Assembly (NCBI GenBank): GCA_013265495.1
Contig: MU058451.1
Location: forward strand, 2,084,167 to 2,148,166
Direction: 5' to 3'
DNA from: Vicugna vicugna
Lineage: Eukaryota
Length of the DNA stretch: 64,000 nt
The notes beneath the pieces were generated by a model. The model did no database searches and was not told where the DNA came from. It saw only the letters and a program-made list of their open reading frames with translations. Shown piece after piece: positions 14,319 through 28,513 of the stretch. The translations under genes and the position numbers were made by a program. Positions within the stretch are counted from its first letter, which is position 1. Each line of letters opens with the position of its first letter.

Positions 14319-14739
14319 TTTAAAGGCAAAAAAGAGCACAAGGCTTTCTTAGCTCCATACGTGGTGGTCACATCACCAGGTGTGGTGCCAAGAGAGGGAC
14401 ACAGGACCTGGGGAGTCGGGAAGGGCATCCCCCAAGGCGACTCCAGTGACGTCACTGGAGAAACCTTACTCACCACTCAGCTCTGACCACCTCAGCTTTG
14501 GTTCCCACACACACACCTGAGCAGGGAGTGGAGCAACCTCTTGGCCAGGAACTTTTCTTTGGTGTCAAAGTTAGGATCTGGGTGTGTAACACAGTCCCCC
14601 AGGACCTGAGTGAATGTGGAATTAGTACAAGAGTTAGAAAGAGACGCAGGAAGGAGGAAGGGAATGGTGAACACTGTCAGATTCTCTCTAGGGACTGAGG
14701 AGTCCCAAAGAGGTTGCTGACCACAAAATCTAGAATCTA

Positions 14740-15610
<871 letters not shown>

Positions 15611-15690
15611 CCTACATATCATTTTTCTCCCATCAGAATAACAAAGATCTGTTTTAAATAACAATACACAGTATTTGGCCACTGTGTAGG

Positions 15691-16102
15691 TGTAAAAAAA
15701 TAATAAACAGAAACGTCAATTAAACAGATCCGGGAGAGCAGAAGGGGGAGCTCTCACGCCCTGTGAAGACAGCAGAGCCCAACAGGAGGAGGAAAGACTG
15801 CTTTCTGGGCAAGGATTCAGCCAGTAGAAAGCCGTGGAGTTTTTGTTTACTCTACCCATCCCGATTTCCTTGTTCTCACTATAAAAACTTTCCTTCCCTT
15901 GCTTTGTAGAGACTTGCAGACGGCTCGCCATAGTTGCAGACCTCAAGTTGCAATTCTCTGCTGATTCTGAATAAACCCATCTTTACACTCTGCTGTACAT
16001 CTGAAACTAACATTGTAAATCAACTACACTTCAGTAAAAAAAATAATAATAAACCCATCTTCGCTGGAGAAATATCTGGCAATTTATTTGTTTCAAGTCA
16101 GC
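15691..16102 (+). mobile_element. ERV solo LTR with a nested 64-nt L1 3' tail (15984-16047)
   Basis: TG start, TATAAAA, AATAAA; same family as 27411-27727. The nested insert is flanked by the 14-bp TSD aataaacccatctt. Confidence 0.8.
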
Positions 16103-16331
16103 CTAGAAAACTGGCATTCTATACACTGTGGGAGTATAAATTGGTATAAATTCTTTGGCCGGAAGTTTAGCAATAACTATTAAAAGATGAAAATTTGATT
16201 TGCCCTAGCAATGCATCTTTTAGGAATTTATCTTAAGGAAATGTTCTCATCTGAGCAAAAATCTATGTTTATAAAGACGTTCACTGCAGCCTAGTTTAAA
16301 AGAGCAACACTGAAGGAACCTAAATGTCCTT

Positions 16332-16569
16332 TGAAGCAGTTCAGGATTTACCACCCCAAATATGCCACTTCAGTGGATTGATTTATTTTGAGCTGAAGGC
16401 ACTTAAAGAACAGCGAATGTAAGGAAAGGCTTTCTCTGAACTCCCCTCATCTGCCTAAAGACAGATCCTCCAAAACGAACTCAATTGTCATAAATCCCCT
16501 CCCTACCGAGTTTCATCAACCAGGGGAGATTGAGTCATCGGAGAGGAGACTAGAAACTGACACCACACC
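16332..16569 (+). mobile_element. MER34-like ERV1 LTR 5' part
   Basis: accaccccaaatatgccactt...tattttgagctgaaggca. Confidence 0.7.
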
Positions 16570-16690
16570 AAGGAAGGAAGGAAGGAGGGAGGGAAGGAAG
16601 GAAGGAAGGAAGGAAGGAAGGAAGGAAGGAAGGAAGGAAGGAAGGAAGGAAGGAAGGAAGGAAGGAAGGGAGGGAGGGAGGGAAAGAAAA
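16570..16690. repeat. Pure purine tract containing (GGAA)19
   Basis: Perfect GGAA array at 16592-16667. Confidence 0.95.
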
Positions 16691-17832
16691 TTCAAGGTAG
16701 ATCAGTACTTCCAGTGCTTAACTGACAATAAGAAAATGGTGATGATAGTTGCCTCTGGGACAGTGGCTGGGGGACTGAGTGCTTGATTGGAGAGAAGATG
16801 GACTTTTTGCTGTAAATTTTTTGTACAATTTGGATTTTTTTCAAGCTTGTCATTTTTTTTCCAAGTGAAAAAAGAAGGTGAAAGATTGAAGAAAAAGTTT
16901 CAGCAAAGTGGGAGAGGCAGCTGGAGTGCAAGGGAGTGAGAGGTAATCTAAACAGAAAATGCACGGAATACGGGTGGGGGTGCAGCATCTAGGCTCATCT
17001 CCCCTCCCTGTTCTTCAACCCTGATTACAGCCCACCATGCTACTTATTGCCGTCGCAGGGATGGAGAATAAGGCTCAGGGGAAATACTTAAAAAGTAAGA
17101 AGGAAAGATGAGCAAGGAGGAAGGTAAGGCCATTCCATGCCATGCAGTGCTGACTCTGAGCGGGCTGTGCAGAATCCTAGCCCCTTTCTCCTTCCCACTC
17201 TGCCTGCTGAGAATTTTATGCTTCCAGACAAGATTCCAAGAGCACCAAAAGTGCCTCCTGTGAAGATTTTTGGGGGGCCTTGGATTTTCTCTTCAACTTA
17301 CTTGAAATTGCTCTGAGAAATTCCTAGATATTGAGGCACTGAAAGAAATTTCATCAACAGCCTAAAAATTCTTTGTGCAAATGGAAAACTTGGCTCTGGC
17401 TGAACAAGTAATCAACCATTATTCTCTAAAGAGCCATTTCCTCTTTGTGAGAACAGAAGCCCATTTCAGAGACTTCATAAATGTAACTGTTTTATAAATG
17501 AGCCACCATCAAAAGGACCACTCCACCGTTAAAGATGGAAGCAGCAAACCAGGAAATGAGGGACTGGCAATAGAGAGAATTCGTTCAGCTCTGAGAAATT
17601 GTCTATACTGCCTTTTAGGCTGCAATATTTTTAAATGAGCCAAGCAATTCCAAAACTATTAATAAATATGACTGATAGTTCAATCATCAATTGAAAAGTC
17701 AGGCTGACTTAAATTTGTGAGGGAAAAGATTGCTTTAACAAGATTAAAGCACTGTGTTCAGGTGAATGAAGATGCAAAGAGTTAAAATGAAGTCAGCTGT
17801 CATTTTTGCAAAATATAAAAGCAACACAATAG

Positions 17833-18015
17833 CTATAATTGTATATTATAATTATATTATAATTATCTTTATAATATTATGTATGTATTATATATAACAC
17901 ATAATTGTATCAAAATTTATAAAATTATAAATTATATTATAAATCATACATTATTTATAAAATTATAAATATAGTATATAAATGTAATTATAATATAATT
18001 GTAGTTATAATCATA
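17833..18015. repeat. AT-rich low-complexity (TA/TAA) tract
   Basis: Directly visible. Confidence 0.85.
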
Positions 18016-18114
18016 GAAAAGATCTGGAGCAACTATTTTTCTTCATTAAAAATGGGTGGTAGTGGTTTTTAATCTTTTTTGAGTCAGAGCTGTCTTTCAG
18101 ACTTCAATGAAAAT

Positions 18115-18350
18115 GTAGATGGTTAAAAATTCAAGTCCAAGAGTTACATGGCCTGAGTTCAAATTCCTGTCCACTATTTATTACCTTTGTACTTTAGGCA
18201 ACTAATAACCCTTCCAAACCAAAGTTTTCTCATCTATATGATGGAAATAGTAACAGTAACTGTTTAATAGGGCTGCTGTGAGAACTAAGAGAGGTAACTC
18301 GCCTGTGGTGCTTACAGCATCGCCTGACGCTCAGGCAGTAATAAATGCTC
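18115..18350 (+). mobile_element. MIR SINE
   Basis: cctgagttcaaattcctg...gttttctcatctatatgatgg...tagggctgctgtgag. Confidence 0.7.
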
Positions 18351-18352
18351 CC

Positions 18353-18785
18353 TGTGACTACAATCGTATGGACTCAAGTATCCAAAAAAACGCAGGGATT
18401 TCTGGTTTTAGACGTCTGGATCCAGTGGCTCAAATGATACCCTTTTGTCTCCTCTGCTTTCTCTGTGTTGGCTCAGGCAGCCTCTTCCCAACAGGGTTGT
18501 TCTCTCAGAAACTTGGATGGGAATCCATGCTTCCTTAACATTCCCAGAGATGAGCCTCCTTGCCAGTTCTGTGCGCGCAGTCCCGAACCAAGCACTGCGC
18601 CCAAGGGAATGCAAAGCTCTGATTGGCCCGGCCTGGGTCAGCCAGGATGGGGAAGACCTTCCAAAGCCAGGTGTGGACATGCAGGGAGTGGGAGGGGAGT
18701 GTTTCCCTGAGAAAAATCAGAATGTCATTCCTAAGGGAAGAGTGAATGGAAACTGAAGGAACAAAACTGGCGGATAACCACCAAC
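18353..18785 (-). mobile_element. MLT1 (ERVL-MaLR) LTR, old subfamily
   Basis: ctggatccagtggctcaaatgat, ctctgattggcccggcctgggtca. Confidence 0.55.
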
Positions 18786-19229
18786 CCCAGGTCTAAGCCT
18801 TTATTTTAGGCCACCACATCCTCGATTATTAGGGAAATTGAAGCGATTCCATAATTTTCTCTTTTATCCATTCAGTGCTTACCAGTTCTAAGTATGAAGA
18901 AATGTTTTCTTTCGTTTAACTTTGAATCTTGAAGAGAAATTATAACTCATTTTCTCTGAGACTCGAGAGTCATTTTCAAAAAGAAAACTTGTGTTCTTAC
19001 CATGTTTGACTGCGGTGTTTGGTTTTCTGGGTGTTGGTTCCTTTGTCTGTAAAAACGAAAGGGTTGGCTTGGGATGATCTCTAAAGTCGCTTCTAAACAT
19101 CTGTGATTTCTAAGAACAATAGCAATGACTCAACAGAAAAATTGCTTGTTACCATCAATCCTATGAACCCTGGAAAAGCCTTCCTTTTATCTGGGCTGGT
19201 TCCTCAAAGCTCGTCTCTAAGCAACAGAG

Positions 19230-19420
19230 TCTGGAGTGTTTGATTTAGAGGGCAGACACTGGATGCAGAGTGCCTAGTCCAAGTCCTGCCTCTGGTCACT
19301 ATGGCTGTGTGACTTTGGGCAAATTGCATAACCTCTCTGTTGCCTTTTCTGTAAAATGAATTTAACAACAGACCCTCACGCAGAGCTGTGTGAGCATTAA
19401 ATAATTTATAAACGCAAGTG
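19230..19420 (+). mobile_element. MIR SINE
   Basis: ggctgtgtgactttgggcaaattgcataacctctctg...ctgtaaaatg. Confidence 0.8.
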
Positions 19421-22299
19421 CCTGACTTTGTTATGTTAGTAAAGGCATTGGCCATTATTAAGCAGGCATCACCTATGAGAATAAAAAACACTTTACCTAT
19501 AGAGGAATAAGGATGAAAATTACAGTGGACTTCCCATCACAAACAACGCTTGCAAGAAGAAAATGAAGTGAAATATTTAAGATGTTGAAAGAAAAAGTCA
19601 GTTTTTGGTTACATAGGCATACACATTTATCTAACAACCATGTACCTTAAAATGAGTGCATCTTATTTTATGTAAATTATAATGCCTCCATAAAGGTTTT
19701 TTTTAAGTCTACTAAAGTCTACCATATGCCAGTTATCAAGTGAGGGTCTGAGGGATTTTAAAAAGAGAAGGGGCAGTGGGAGGGGCTTAAGGCATAGTCC
19801 TTATCCCTCATGACTTAAAGGCTAAAAGTAGCTCTTTTATGGGGTCAGGGGGTTGGGAAGAATAATTAGTACAATGTGCTGAGAAGCCTAAGAAAAACAG
19901 GAACAAGGGAAGTCATAGGATAAGCACTCAGCAGCTCCTGGGAAGGTCAGGAAGGTCTCTAGAAAATGTGACATTTGGGCTAAGGCTTCGAGAAGCAGCA
20001 GGAGCTAACCAATGTTTTCCTATTGCCATTTGTACCATCGTCTCCAGCTGCCATCTTGTAAGGCCCGAGGAGTCACCGCTGTCCTGAGCAGCCAGCCTGC
20101 TGGCTGCCACTGGGCCTCCTGCTGTGGCGTGAGTTCTCAACTCCCACCGCCAGGTTCAGGCTGAGAAAGTGGCCAGGCTGAGTGCTGCTTTGTAAATTTT
20201 TCACTTGGCCTCGTCTAGACTTTCTAATTTCTTCCCCTTTAAATGTGAGACCATAAATGTCCAGAATATAGTCAACTTTCGGTTTATAATATTTCACGAT
20301 GATTTAGGTTTCTTTTTCAAAAGGAATAAAATTATAGGCAGAAGAAATTCGGGGGTCAGAAAGACCCAGAGGCCATTTTTCATGTTGCTCAGGTTTCGGT
20401 CCAGGTGTGAAATGTGTCCTACGACCATTGCCCCTGCTGTTTTCCAGATGTCCCATGTCATAACTCTTTATGACTAAAAATTGGAAAATTAAAAACAAAG
20501 TATTAATCTTTATGTTGGAAGAAAAAAAGTTTTTTTTTTAATCTTTGTGTTGGAAAGCAATCTTCCTGGAGGACTGGCTCCATCTATCCTCACTAGTCTT
20601 TCTTCCCGTTCACCCCTCTTCACTCAGCGGAGCCCAGTCCTTGTAGCTCCTCCAGCCCCAGCAGGATCCGCTTTCTGTGAAACTGGTCCAGCGTCAGCTT
20701 CAGAGCACCTCACTGCAAGGTCTCCTTCCAAGTCCCCACACAATCTGGATCTGCCCCTGGCCTATTTCATGTGACACAAACACTCCTTAATCTGGGGACA
20801 GCTGGGGGTCTTTACGGCCACACCCCACAGCAGCCTCTAGTCCTATCCAAAGGGGGCGAGTTCATTAGGATGGGCAAACCCAATCCTTTCTCTCTTTCCC
20901 TCTAAGCCAACCTACTGATGAGGGCTGTACTCATTAACTTTGAACAAATCTTAATCATCTTTGAACACACAGTTTAAATGTTAAGCCTAATTAAATCAAT
21001 AACACCATCACTTTTCATTTGGTGTGTTAATGGGGACACAAACAGGGACTACTAAAGTAATGACTCTCATTAGAGGAAGAACAAAATTAGCATTTATGGG
21101 TTCTAATTAAATTTTGGCTCCCAAATATGATGGCTTTTGCTTTTTGCTGAAAATAGTGAACTTTCAGACTAGAGAAGGAAATAATAAAATGCCCAGATAA
21201 TTCGAAGGAAATTGATACAAGAGTAGCCCCATTTTCTGTTTCTGAATCTTATGGCCTGTCTAGAGTTCCTTGAGCCATGGAGACCCCAGATCCACCCGTG
21301 AGACAAAATAAGATAAAAATAAATAATAAATGTGAATGCCATTCAAAAAGGGTAAACATCTCTCAAATATCAGCTGCTTCAAATTATTATCATTGCTGCT
21401 GTCATAATAATACCAGCCCTTGCAGCTGGAGGGAGAGAGACTGTGGACCACAGAATATTAAATGCGAAAAATTGAAAAAGCTTATTGCTTTCAGTTCTTC
21501 CAGGGTTAGGAATAGCAGAAGTTGTTCAAAGCCTTTAGAAATCAAAACCAAAAATACTTCCATGTGGAAGGGATGGTTAAAAAACAAACAAACAAAAAGC
21601 ACTCAGAGAAGAATTTTACCTGGACCTTGTATAGCACACTCAGACAAAAATAAGCCTTTATTTTCTCCCAAAGCATGCTGCAAAATGCCTACAACTGCTT
21701 AGTTACTACCAAGGGAAGATGTCTCTGTCTATTTCGGTGGCCCTTGCAGCTTTCTCTCCCTAATTAGAGCCTCCATATTGTCTGGCCATCTGCTTCTGAG
21801 TTCTGCCCAAGTTGTGGTAATGGAAGGGGTATTTTATGATCTCATCCTTTTAGTGGGAGGGTAAATTCTACATGAGCCTGGGCAGGACAAAATACCTTTG
21901 GGGAAGACAAATGGACCCCATATTTGTGTAACAGCTAAATATTCCCCCCCCGCCCCGGCTCTAGAGGTGGTAGTGGGGGTCCTGCTTGACTACCCCACAG
22001 CCAGTTAGCATGAAACTACCCTACACAGAACATATCCTACCTGCTCTCAACCACTGTCCTTATGGTGTCTCCTTCTACTTGATTTGCTGCTTGATAGAAG
22101 CCCTTGTCTTTTCCCATGTTTAGCTGCCTTCTCTTATGCTGGGGCATTTTGGCTGTTAGATACAACCATTTGGGTAACCACCAGCCTGGACTAACCCTTT
22201 GACCCCAGCTTCTCATTTGTCCATGTTCAGTCAAACTTTCTGGAACCTAGTTCACAGGGAGAGCTTTCAACAGTCCCTTTCATCCCTATACACACACAT

Positions 22300-22900
22300 C
22301 TCTCCTCCTCTCAAGCAGTGAAGTCTACCTGTTCACCACCGAATCTGGGATGACTTTATGGCTGGCTTGGACCAAAGAAGTGACTGTTCTGGGCGTAGGC
22401 CTTCGGAGGGTTGACAGTGCCTGTTTTCACTTCCTTAAAGCCTAGCTGCCATGGAAAGAAGTCCAATCAATCCTACTCAAGAAAGAGGCCATGATGACAG
22501 GCCCTGGAGAAGACACCATGTGGGAGGAGACCACACGGAGAAAACCAAGGACCCAGACACACACATGAGCCCAGCTTACATCCTGAGGAGAGGCCCAGTC
22601 AGCCCACCCAGAACCCAGCCTTTTGAGCCATCCCTGATAAGGTGCCAGACGTATGACAGAGGCTATCTTGGGCCCTTCAGCCACATGGAGGAGAGTTAGG
22701 GCACCTCAGCTAAGAACCAGTGTCACCCATCAGAAATGAGAGCGAGGCCATTTGGAACCCTCTCCCAGCAGATGACTGTGAACATGGGAAGAATCCCAGG
22801 CAAGACCGCCCAGACTGTCAACCCATGGAGTCATGAGAAATACCCGCTGTTGTTTTAAGCCACTAGGTTTGGGGCTGGCTTTCTGGATAGCAGAGTATAA
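22300..22900 (+). mobile_element. MLT1 (ERVL-MaLR) LTR
   Basis: 3' end tcatgagaaata...tgttgttttaagccactaggtttgggg is typical of MLT1F/G/H. Confidence 0.7.
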
Positions 22901-23701
22901 TAAAGAAAAATACTCACCCACCTGCCTGGTTTATCTGTGCTGGCTCCCCCAGCCTTTTCACTGCAGTGATAAATCCAAGCCCACAATCCAGGCTGACAAT
23001 GCAGCCAAGCTTCCGACTCCAACTCTGTTGCTGGAAGCAGAAGAAGGTCAGGCACAGGGTCCCTAGAATCACACTGCCTGGACTTAATCAGAGCTCTGCC
23101 ATTGACAAGACGAATAACCTAAGGCAAGTTACCCTGTTTGTTAAATAGGGATCATAATAGTGGGTACCTCCCTGAGCTGTTGTGAGCATTCAGTGAGATG
23201 GTCTACGTGGAATATACTCAGTAAATGTTAGACAATTTTTCAAAGGCATGAGATAGGTTTTGAGGGGAAGGTTTTTAAATGAAGTCACATCCTAGAAAAC
23301 TGTTTTTATAAATTGTAACTGAGAATGAAAAGCCCACATTCCATAGCCCTCCAAGCCTCCTTCAGAGAGTTGCCATGGTCATACTGGAAGGAGTACAGAG
23401 TAAATGACATAGGGCATCTTTTAACTGGATATATCTGTAGAAGGGAATACTTCTAAGTGCTCATTTAAATATTTTGGGCAAAGCTTTAAGCTCTGCTTTA
23501 CAAAAGAAAATTACTACTTCTAATTATTTCTTAAACTAGGATTTTAAAATTTTAGTTTTCCAGACAGTGTGAACATAGGCATCTAAAATACTTGCTTTAT
23601 TCTGATGCTGCACAACAGAAACAGTGATAAACTAGAGAAAGTACACAAAACTAGCACTAATATTAAGTTCCATAGAAGAGAATGAGAAGTTTAGTTAAGG
23701 T

Positions 23702-24202
23702 TGTTACTGAACCAAACTTGGATCTGCTCACCAGTGCACAGTAAAGCCAGTCTACTGACACTGGGTTGTGGTGAAGGAAAGTACAGCGTTTATTGCAGGG
23801 CACCAAGCAAGGCGTCTAGGACAACTAGTGCTCGAAAAGCCCACACGCCGTGGTGAGTCTCAGCAAGGCATTTTTAAAGGCCAGGTGAGGTGGTGGGGGG
23901 CGGGGGTCCTCAGAGTATGTGATCAGCTCGTGCACAATTCTCTGATTGGTTGACGGTGAGGTAACAGGGCAGTGTCACAGGGGTTAACATTATCAGTCCT
24001 TAGGTTCCAGTAGGTCTGGGGACTATGTGTTCATGGTCAAGCACTTAACATCTTCCATTTGTTGAGGGGTTAGCAGCTGTAAAATAGCTTAGGAAATGTG
24101 CATCAGATACTGTTATCTGAGTACTTCAGAGAGTACCTAAAGGAAAGGACCCAGGGGAGGGGTCTGTCCTGGAAAGGCCCCGAAGGGTCCTGCTTCATTA
24201 CA
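23702..24202 (-). mobile_element. ERV1-type solo LTR
   Basis: TG...CA ends, minus-strand AATAAA and CCAAT, 4-bp TSD aggt/agat. Confidence 0.8.
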
Positions 24203-24604
24203 AGATGATATGGCACTGGAAGCATAGAAAGGGAATCAAGCAGCTCTAAAACTTAGAAAATCACCACTGAAGACTGAAAATGTGATGAAAAGATATTATG
24301 TCTATACATCATAATATGTACACTGGGAATAACAGGCAGAATAAAGGCAAATGGTCTGATTTCTTGAATTATAATGCAAATAATTCATTTTAATTGGATT
24401 AGGGGTTTTTCAGCCTGAGTATTGCTTCATACAATTGAGATATGAACAAAATTATCAAGATGGTGCATTCAGAGTGAAGCATCTTCTTCAATAAGAACAA
24501 ATAAAATGAGAATTCTCTAGAGTCAGAGACCACAGCCCAACTCTGGAATATTTTTAAAAATCAGGACAGAAAATACTAAGAAAAAAATAGTATGCTCTTT
24601 AGTT

Positions 24605-25026
24605 TTCTTAGCCAGTTCAGGCTGCTATAGCGAGATGCCATAGACTGGGTGGCTTAGAAAACAGAAATTTATTTCTCACAGTTCTGGAGGCTGGGAAGTC
24701 CATGATTAAGGTGCCATCCGGTTCAGTTCCTGGTGAGAGGCTCTTCCTCGTTATGTTCTCACATGGCAAAGGGAGAGAGGAGGGAACAGGCTTTTATCTC
24801 AAAGTCTTTTCTTACTGGGGCTGGGGCAGAGGCAGCCAGGGGTGGGGCTGGTGGTATTTAAAACAAACAAAAAAATAAATAAAAACTCTTCTTATAAGAG
24901 GGCTCTACCCTCAAGACTTAATTACATTCCAGATGCCCCTTCTCCCAATACCATTACCTTGGGGATTAGAGTTTTAACATAGGAATTGGGTGGGGGGTGG
25001 GGGACACAAACATTCAGTTCATAGCA
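24605..25026 (-). mobile_element. MLT1A-like MaLR LTR
   Basis: cagaaatttatttctcacagttctggaggctgggaagtcc...acaaacattcagttcatagca. Confidence 0.85.
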
Positions 25027-25035
25027 TTAGGTTAC

Positions 25036-25770
25036 TGTGGCAAGTTGTTTTCTATAAATGGCCACAGTATTTCTTGTCCCACATGCTCTTCCAAAACCTT
25101 TCTATTCTTCTTTAAATAAATGGGCATCGTGTCTCTCTGCCCTTGAAGCTGGGCAGGCCTTTGTGACTGCCTCAAATAAAAGAACGGTGGTTTTCACCCA
25201 GTGGTGTCTTGTCCCCTCGGGAATATTTGGCAATATCTGGAGACAGTTTTGGTTGTCACAACTTGAGGGAAGGGTGCTACTGCTACTAACCATCCAAAAA
25301 TGCACAGAGCAGCCCACAACAATTATGGGGCCCAAAAGTTGGACAGTATGGAGGTTGAACAGCTCTGTAATAGAGTACAGTGGAGGTGATGCTTTATGAT
25401 TCTCTAGGCTAGATCATGAAAGGCAATGCAACTTCTGCCTAGCCCCCTCTCTGCGGGGTTTGATATCCCTGGGAACCCAGCAACTATACAATGAAAAGCC
25501 CAGTCCACATACAGTGGCCCACGTGCAGAAGAACCTGGCTGAGGTCCCAACCAACAACCAGCAACAACTCAGCCAGTCATATGAATATGCCATCTTGGAA
25601 TCAGATCCTCCAAGCCCTCAGTCAAGCCACCCAGCTGATGCCATGTGGAGCAGGCATGAGCCATTGTCTCTGAGTCCTGTTCAAATTGCAGAGTCATGAG
25701 ACAAACAAATGATTTATTTTTTAATTCACTAAGTTTGGAGATGGCTTGTTACTCAGCAATAGAAAACTGT
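25036..25770 (+). mobile_element. MLT1 LTR with nested MER20 (about 25184-25367)
   Basis: MLT1 3' end cactaagtttggagatggcttgttactcagcaatag; MER20 motif tttggcaatatctggagacagttttggttgtcacaact. Confidence 0.75.
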
Positions 25771-26725
25771 CATCTTATCTATCTATCCGTCCATCAGTCC
25801 ATCCATTACCCATCCATTCATATATCAGGAATTGTAGATTAACACTCTTATACATAGTATTATGTGCTTGATAAAAATTTCTGTAGTTTATTCTCAAATG
25901 TCTTGTTACTCACTTTGTCTTACTTTGTAGAGTGGGAAATCTTTGGGGAGCAATAGGCCCTTCCATGGGGATCCTTCCTTTAGGTACAATGCATTAGTGG
26001 CCACCTACAGAGTTACCAATGAATCTGGCACTCAGACCTTCTACAGTTCTCAAGAACTGTAAAAAAAAAAATAATGCAGTAAATACAAGTTGGAATTCTA
26101 AGACTGTATAGCAAGAACAAAAAAGAGCATAATTATTGATTTTTTTCATAACTTCTGAAATAAATATAAGGCTCAGATGCATTCAGCAGGGTAAGAATAT
26201 TATTTTTAAAGAACCAATACATATACTATATAGCTATGATGCTTTATAGGAGAATCTTTTTCGGTAGAAAATTGCCCCAGGGACAAATTAGTGGAAGAAA
26301 TTTAAATAACGGGTTTTATTTCTACTTAGAATTTCTATATTAAAATGTATCAAATAATTATACCAAGAAACTTTCACCAAGCCACTGATAAACTGAATGA
26401 AATAATGATGGCAAATGGAAAGTTTTTCAAATTAGTTGATATCTTAGAATTCACCAGGATATTTCTAATCAGTATCCTCATCCTTTGCAGTATGCTGTTT
26501 TGAATTTTATATAGCTTTTGAAGGTATTACTTTTTCCATTAACAGAGTTTCACACGGCTAACATTTTAGAATCATAATATCAAGATAGAGTACCATCTTT
26601 TCTTCACTTTATTCTTATAAATTATAAGTGTCTTATTTCTGCTCTAAGTGCTTTGTGGAGTGAGATTGGATGGATGAATGGATGGATGATAGGTTATTAA
26701 TAGGTAGGTAAGTAAATGACAGATG

Positions 26726-26767
26726 AAAGAAAGAAAGGAAGAAAGGAAGAAAGGAAGGAAGAAAGAA

Positions 26768-26813
<46 letters not shown>
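26726..26813. repeat. (GAAA)n/(GGAA)n repeat, preceded by a (TGGA)n-like stretch
   Basis: Directly visible. Confidence 0.9.
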
Positions 26814-26814
<1 letters not shown>

Positions 26815-27410
26815 TACTACTCTCTCTGGCAGCAAACTTAATCCTATTAAGATTTTAAATCATTCCAATTTTCTAATTAAATTTTCTCAGAGAATCTGAT
26901 AATAGAAACCCAATCTCTGCCCGAAAAGAACTGCCTTTTTTTTCTTCCCTCATCCTTCTTGCTTCACAAGTGTCCTCACTTATTTTACATCCCAAGGAGT
27001 CGTTTTGAGAGTGAAAAGACTAGACATCGGTGCACAGACTCCAGGCCTAGCTATAACCAAACACATGGCTTTGGGCAGTTTATTCAACTTCCTGAGCCTC
27101 CGTTTTCCTCATTTGGAATACGTGGACAACATACTGCAGGGACTGTGTAAGGATTAGCATGATGATGCTGTGAAGCATTTGGCACATGCCTGCTGTGTAG
27201 CAATGAACAAGAAACCGTTGTGACCATTATTTTTAAATTGCTGAAGCTGTCTTGCAGTTAGAATTATCTTCCAGTTCTTATCACGATTTCATTTTCTTCA
27301 TGTAAAACTTTCTTAAAACTATCATTTCCTCTTTAGTTACAAACAAAATTATTCAAAAACTCTAGTGTTTTCAAACTGCAGCAATAAGTATCTTAGCAAT
27401 GAGTATTAGC

Positions 27411-27727
27411 TGTAAAAAAATTAATAAGCAGAAACCTCAATTAAATAGGGTTGGAAGACCAGAAGGGGGAGCTCTCACACCTTACAACAACCGGCAGAGC
27501 ACAAGAAGACTCTTCTTTCTAGGCAAGGGCTCAGCCAATGAAAAGCCATGAGTTCTTTGTTTATGATAGCCCTCCCAACTTCCTCTCGATAAAAGTGGTC
27601 TCCTTCCCTTGCCATGTGAGAAATTGCAGATGGCTCTCCATGGTTGCAGACCTCAAATTATAATTCTCTGCTGATCTCAAATAAACCCATCTTTACTGGA
27701 GAAACACCTATTTGTTTCAGGTCGACA
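27411..27727 (+). mobile_element. ERV solo LTR (same family as 15691-16102)
   Basis: tgtaaaaaa...cagaagggggagctctcac...aataaacccatctt...gtcgaca; TSD tagc/taac. Confidence 0.8.
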
Positions 27728-28259
27728 TAACTCAGCAATTATATTAGAATTTTTTATTTCCACTATTAAATGACCTGAACGAATTCATGAAATCCAAATA
27801 TACCCGATTTAAATCAATCAAATAATTGCATGGAGAACATCAATGCTGATCAACCACGGCTCAATGAAAATAGCTAGGAAGCATCAAAGTCCTATGCTCC
27901 TCATTCCAAATCACAGAGACACGTGGCTGGAATTGGCCTTACCAATCAAACACACATTTTGTTGCTAGATGTCTTTCTGCTTTGAGAGCCTTTGTCCCAA
28001 ATTTTGTCTGAATGTGTCTCCCTTTCCTTGGCTGTAAGAAATAAGATAGCCTGAAACTTATTGATAGTCCAGGTTGACATGGATGGTTTAGCCAAACTAC
28101 TGAAAACTGAAACCACATGCTTTAAGTCAAAGTGCCACAAATCAGTTCATCTGCATGTGTCAGCTGACTGGTTTGGCTTGACTGAAGTCCATAGAGGTGG
28201 CCTGTATACACGTGTACTGCTCTGGAGAGGCAATCACCACAGGCTCTCCCCTCTGGCAA

Positions 28260-28513
28260 TACTGTCCAGCAATCTTCTAGCAACCATGAGGGAAGCTGTT
28301 CTTAAAGAGCTGAACAGTGCACTGAGCAAGGCAGAATGGAGAGATGAAAAGAACCTGAGTCCTTGATGGCGATGTTAGGCCACTGGTGGACCCACCTTGG
28401 AAATGACCCACACTCAGTCTCCTTGTTATGACATAATACATTCTCCTTGTGACTTAAGCTATTTTGAATTGGGTCTTCTGTTAGGTTCAACCAAAAACAC
28501 ACTAAATGATTCA
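28260..28513 (+). mobile_element. MLT1J/K-like LTR 3' part
   Basis: gagagatgaaaagaacctgagtccttgatg...ttaagctattttgaattgggtcttctgtta. Confidence 0.6.

Noticed and set aside
15691..27727. Two same-orientation, same-family LTRs 11.7 kb apart as one provirus
   Set aside because: They are substantially diverged, each has its own 4-bp TSD-like flank, and no gag/pol/env or primer-binding site lies between them.
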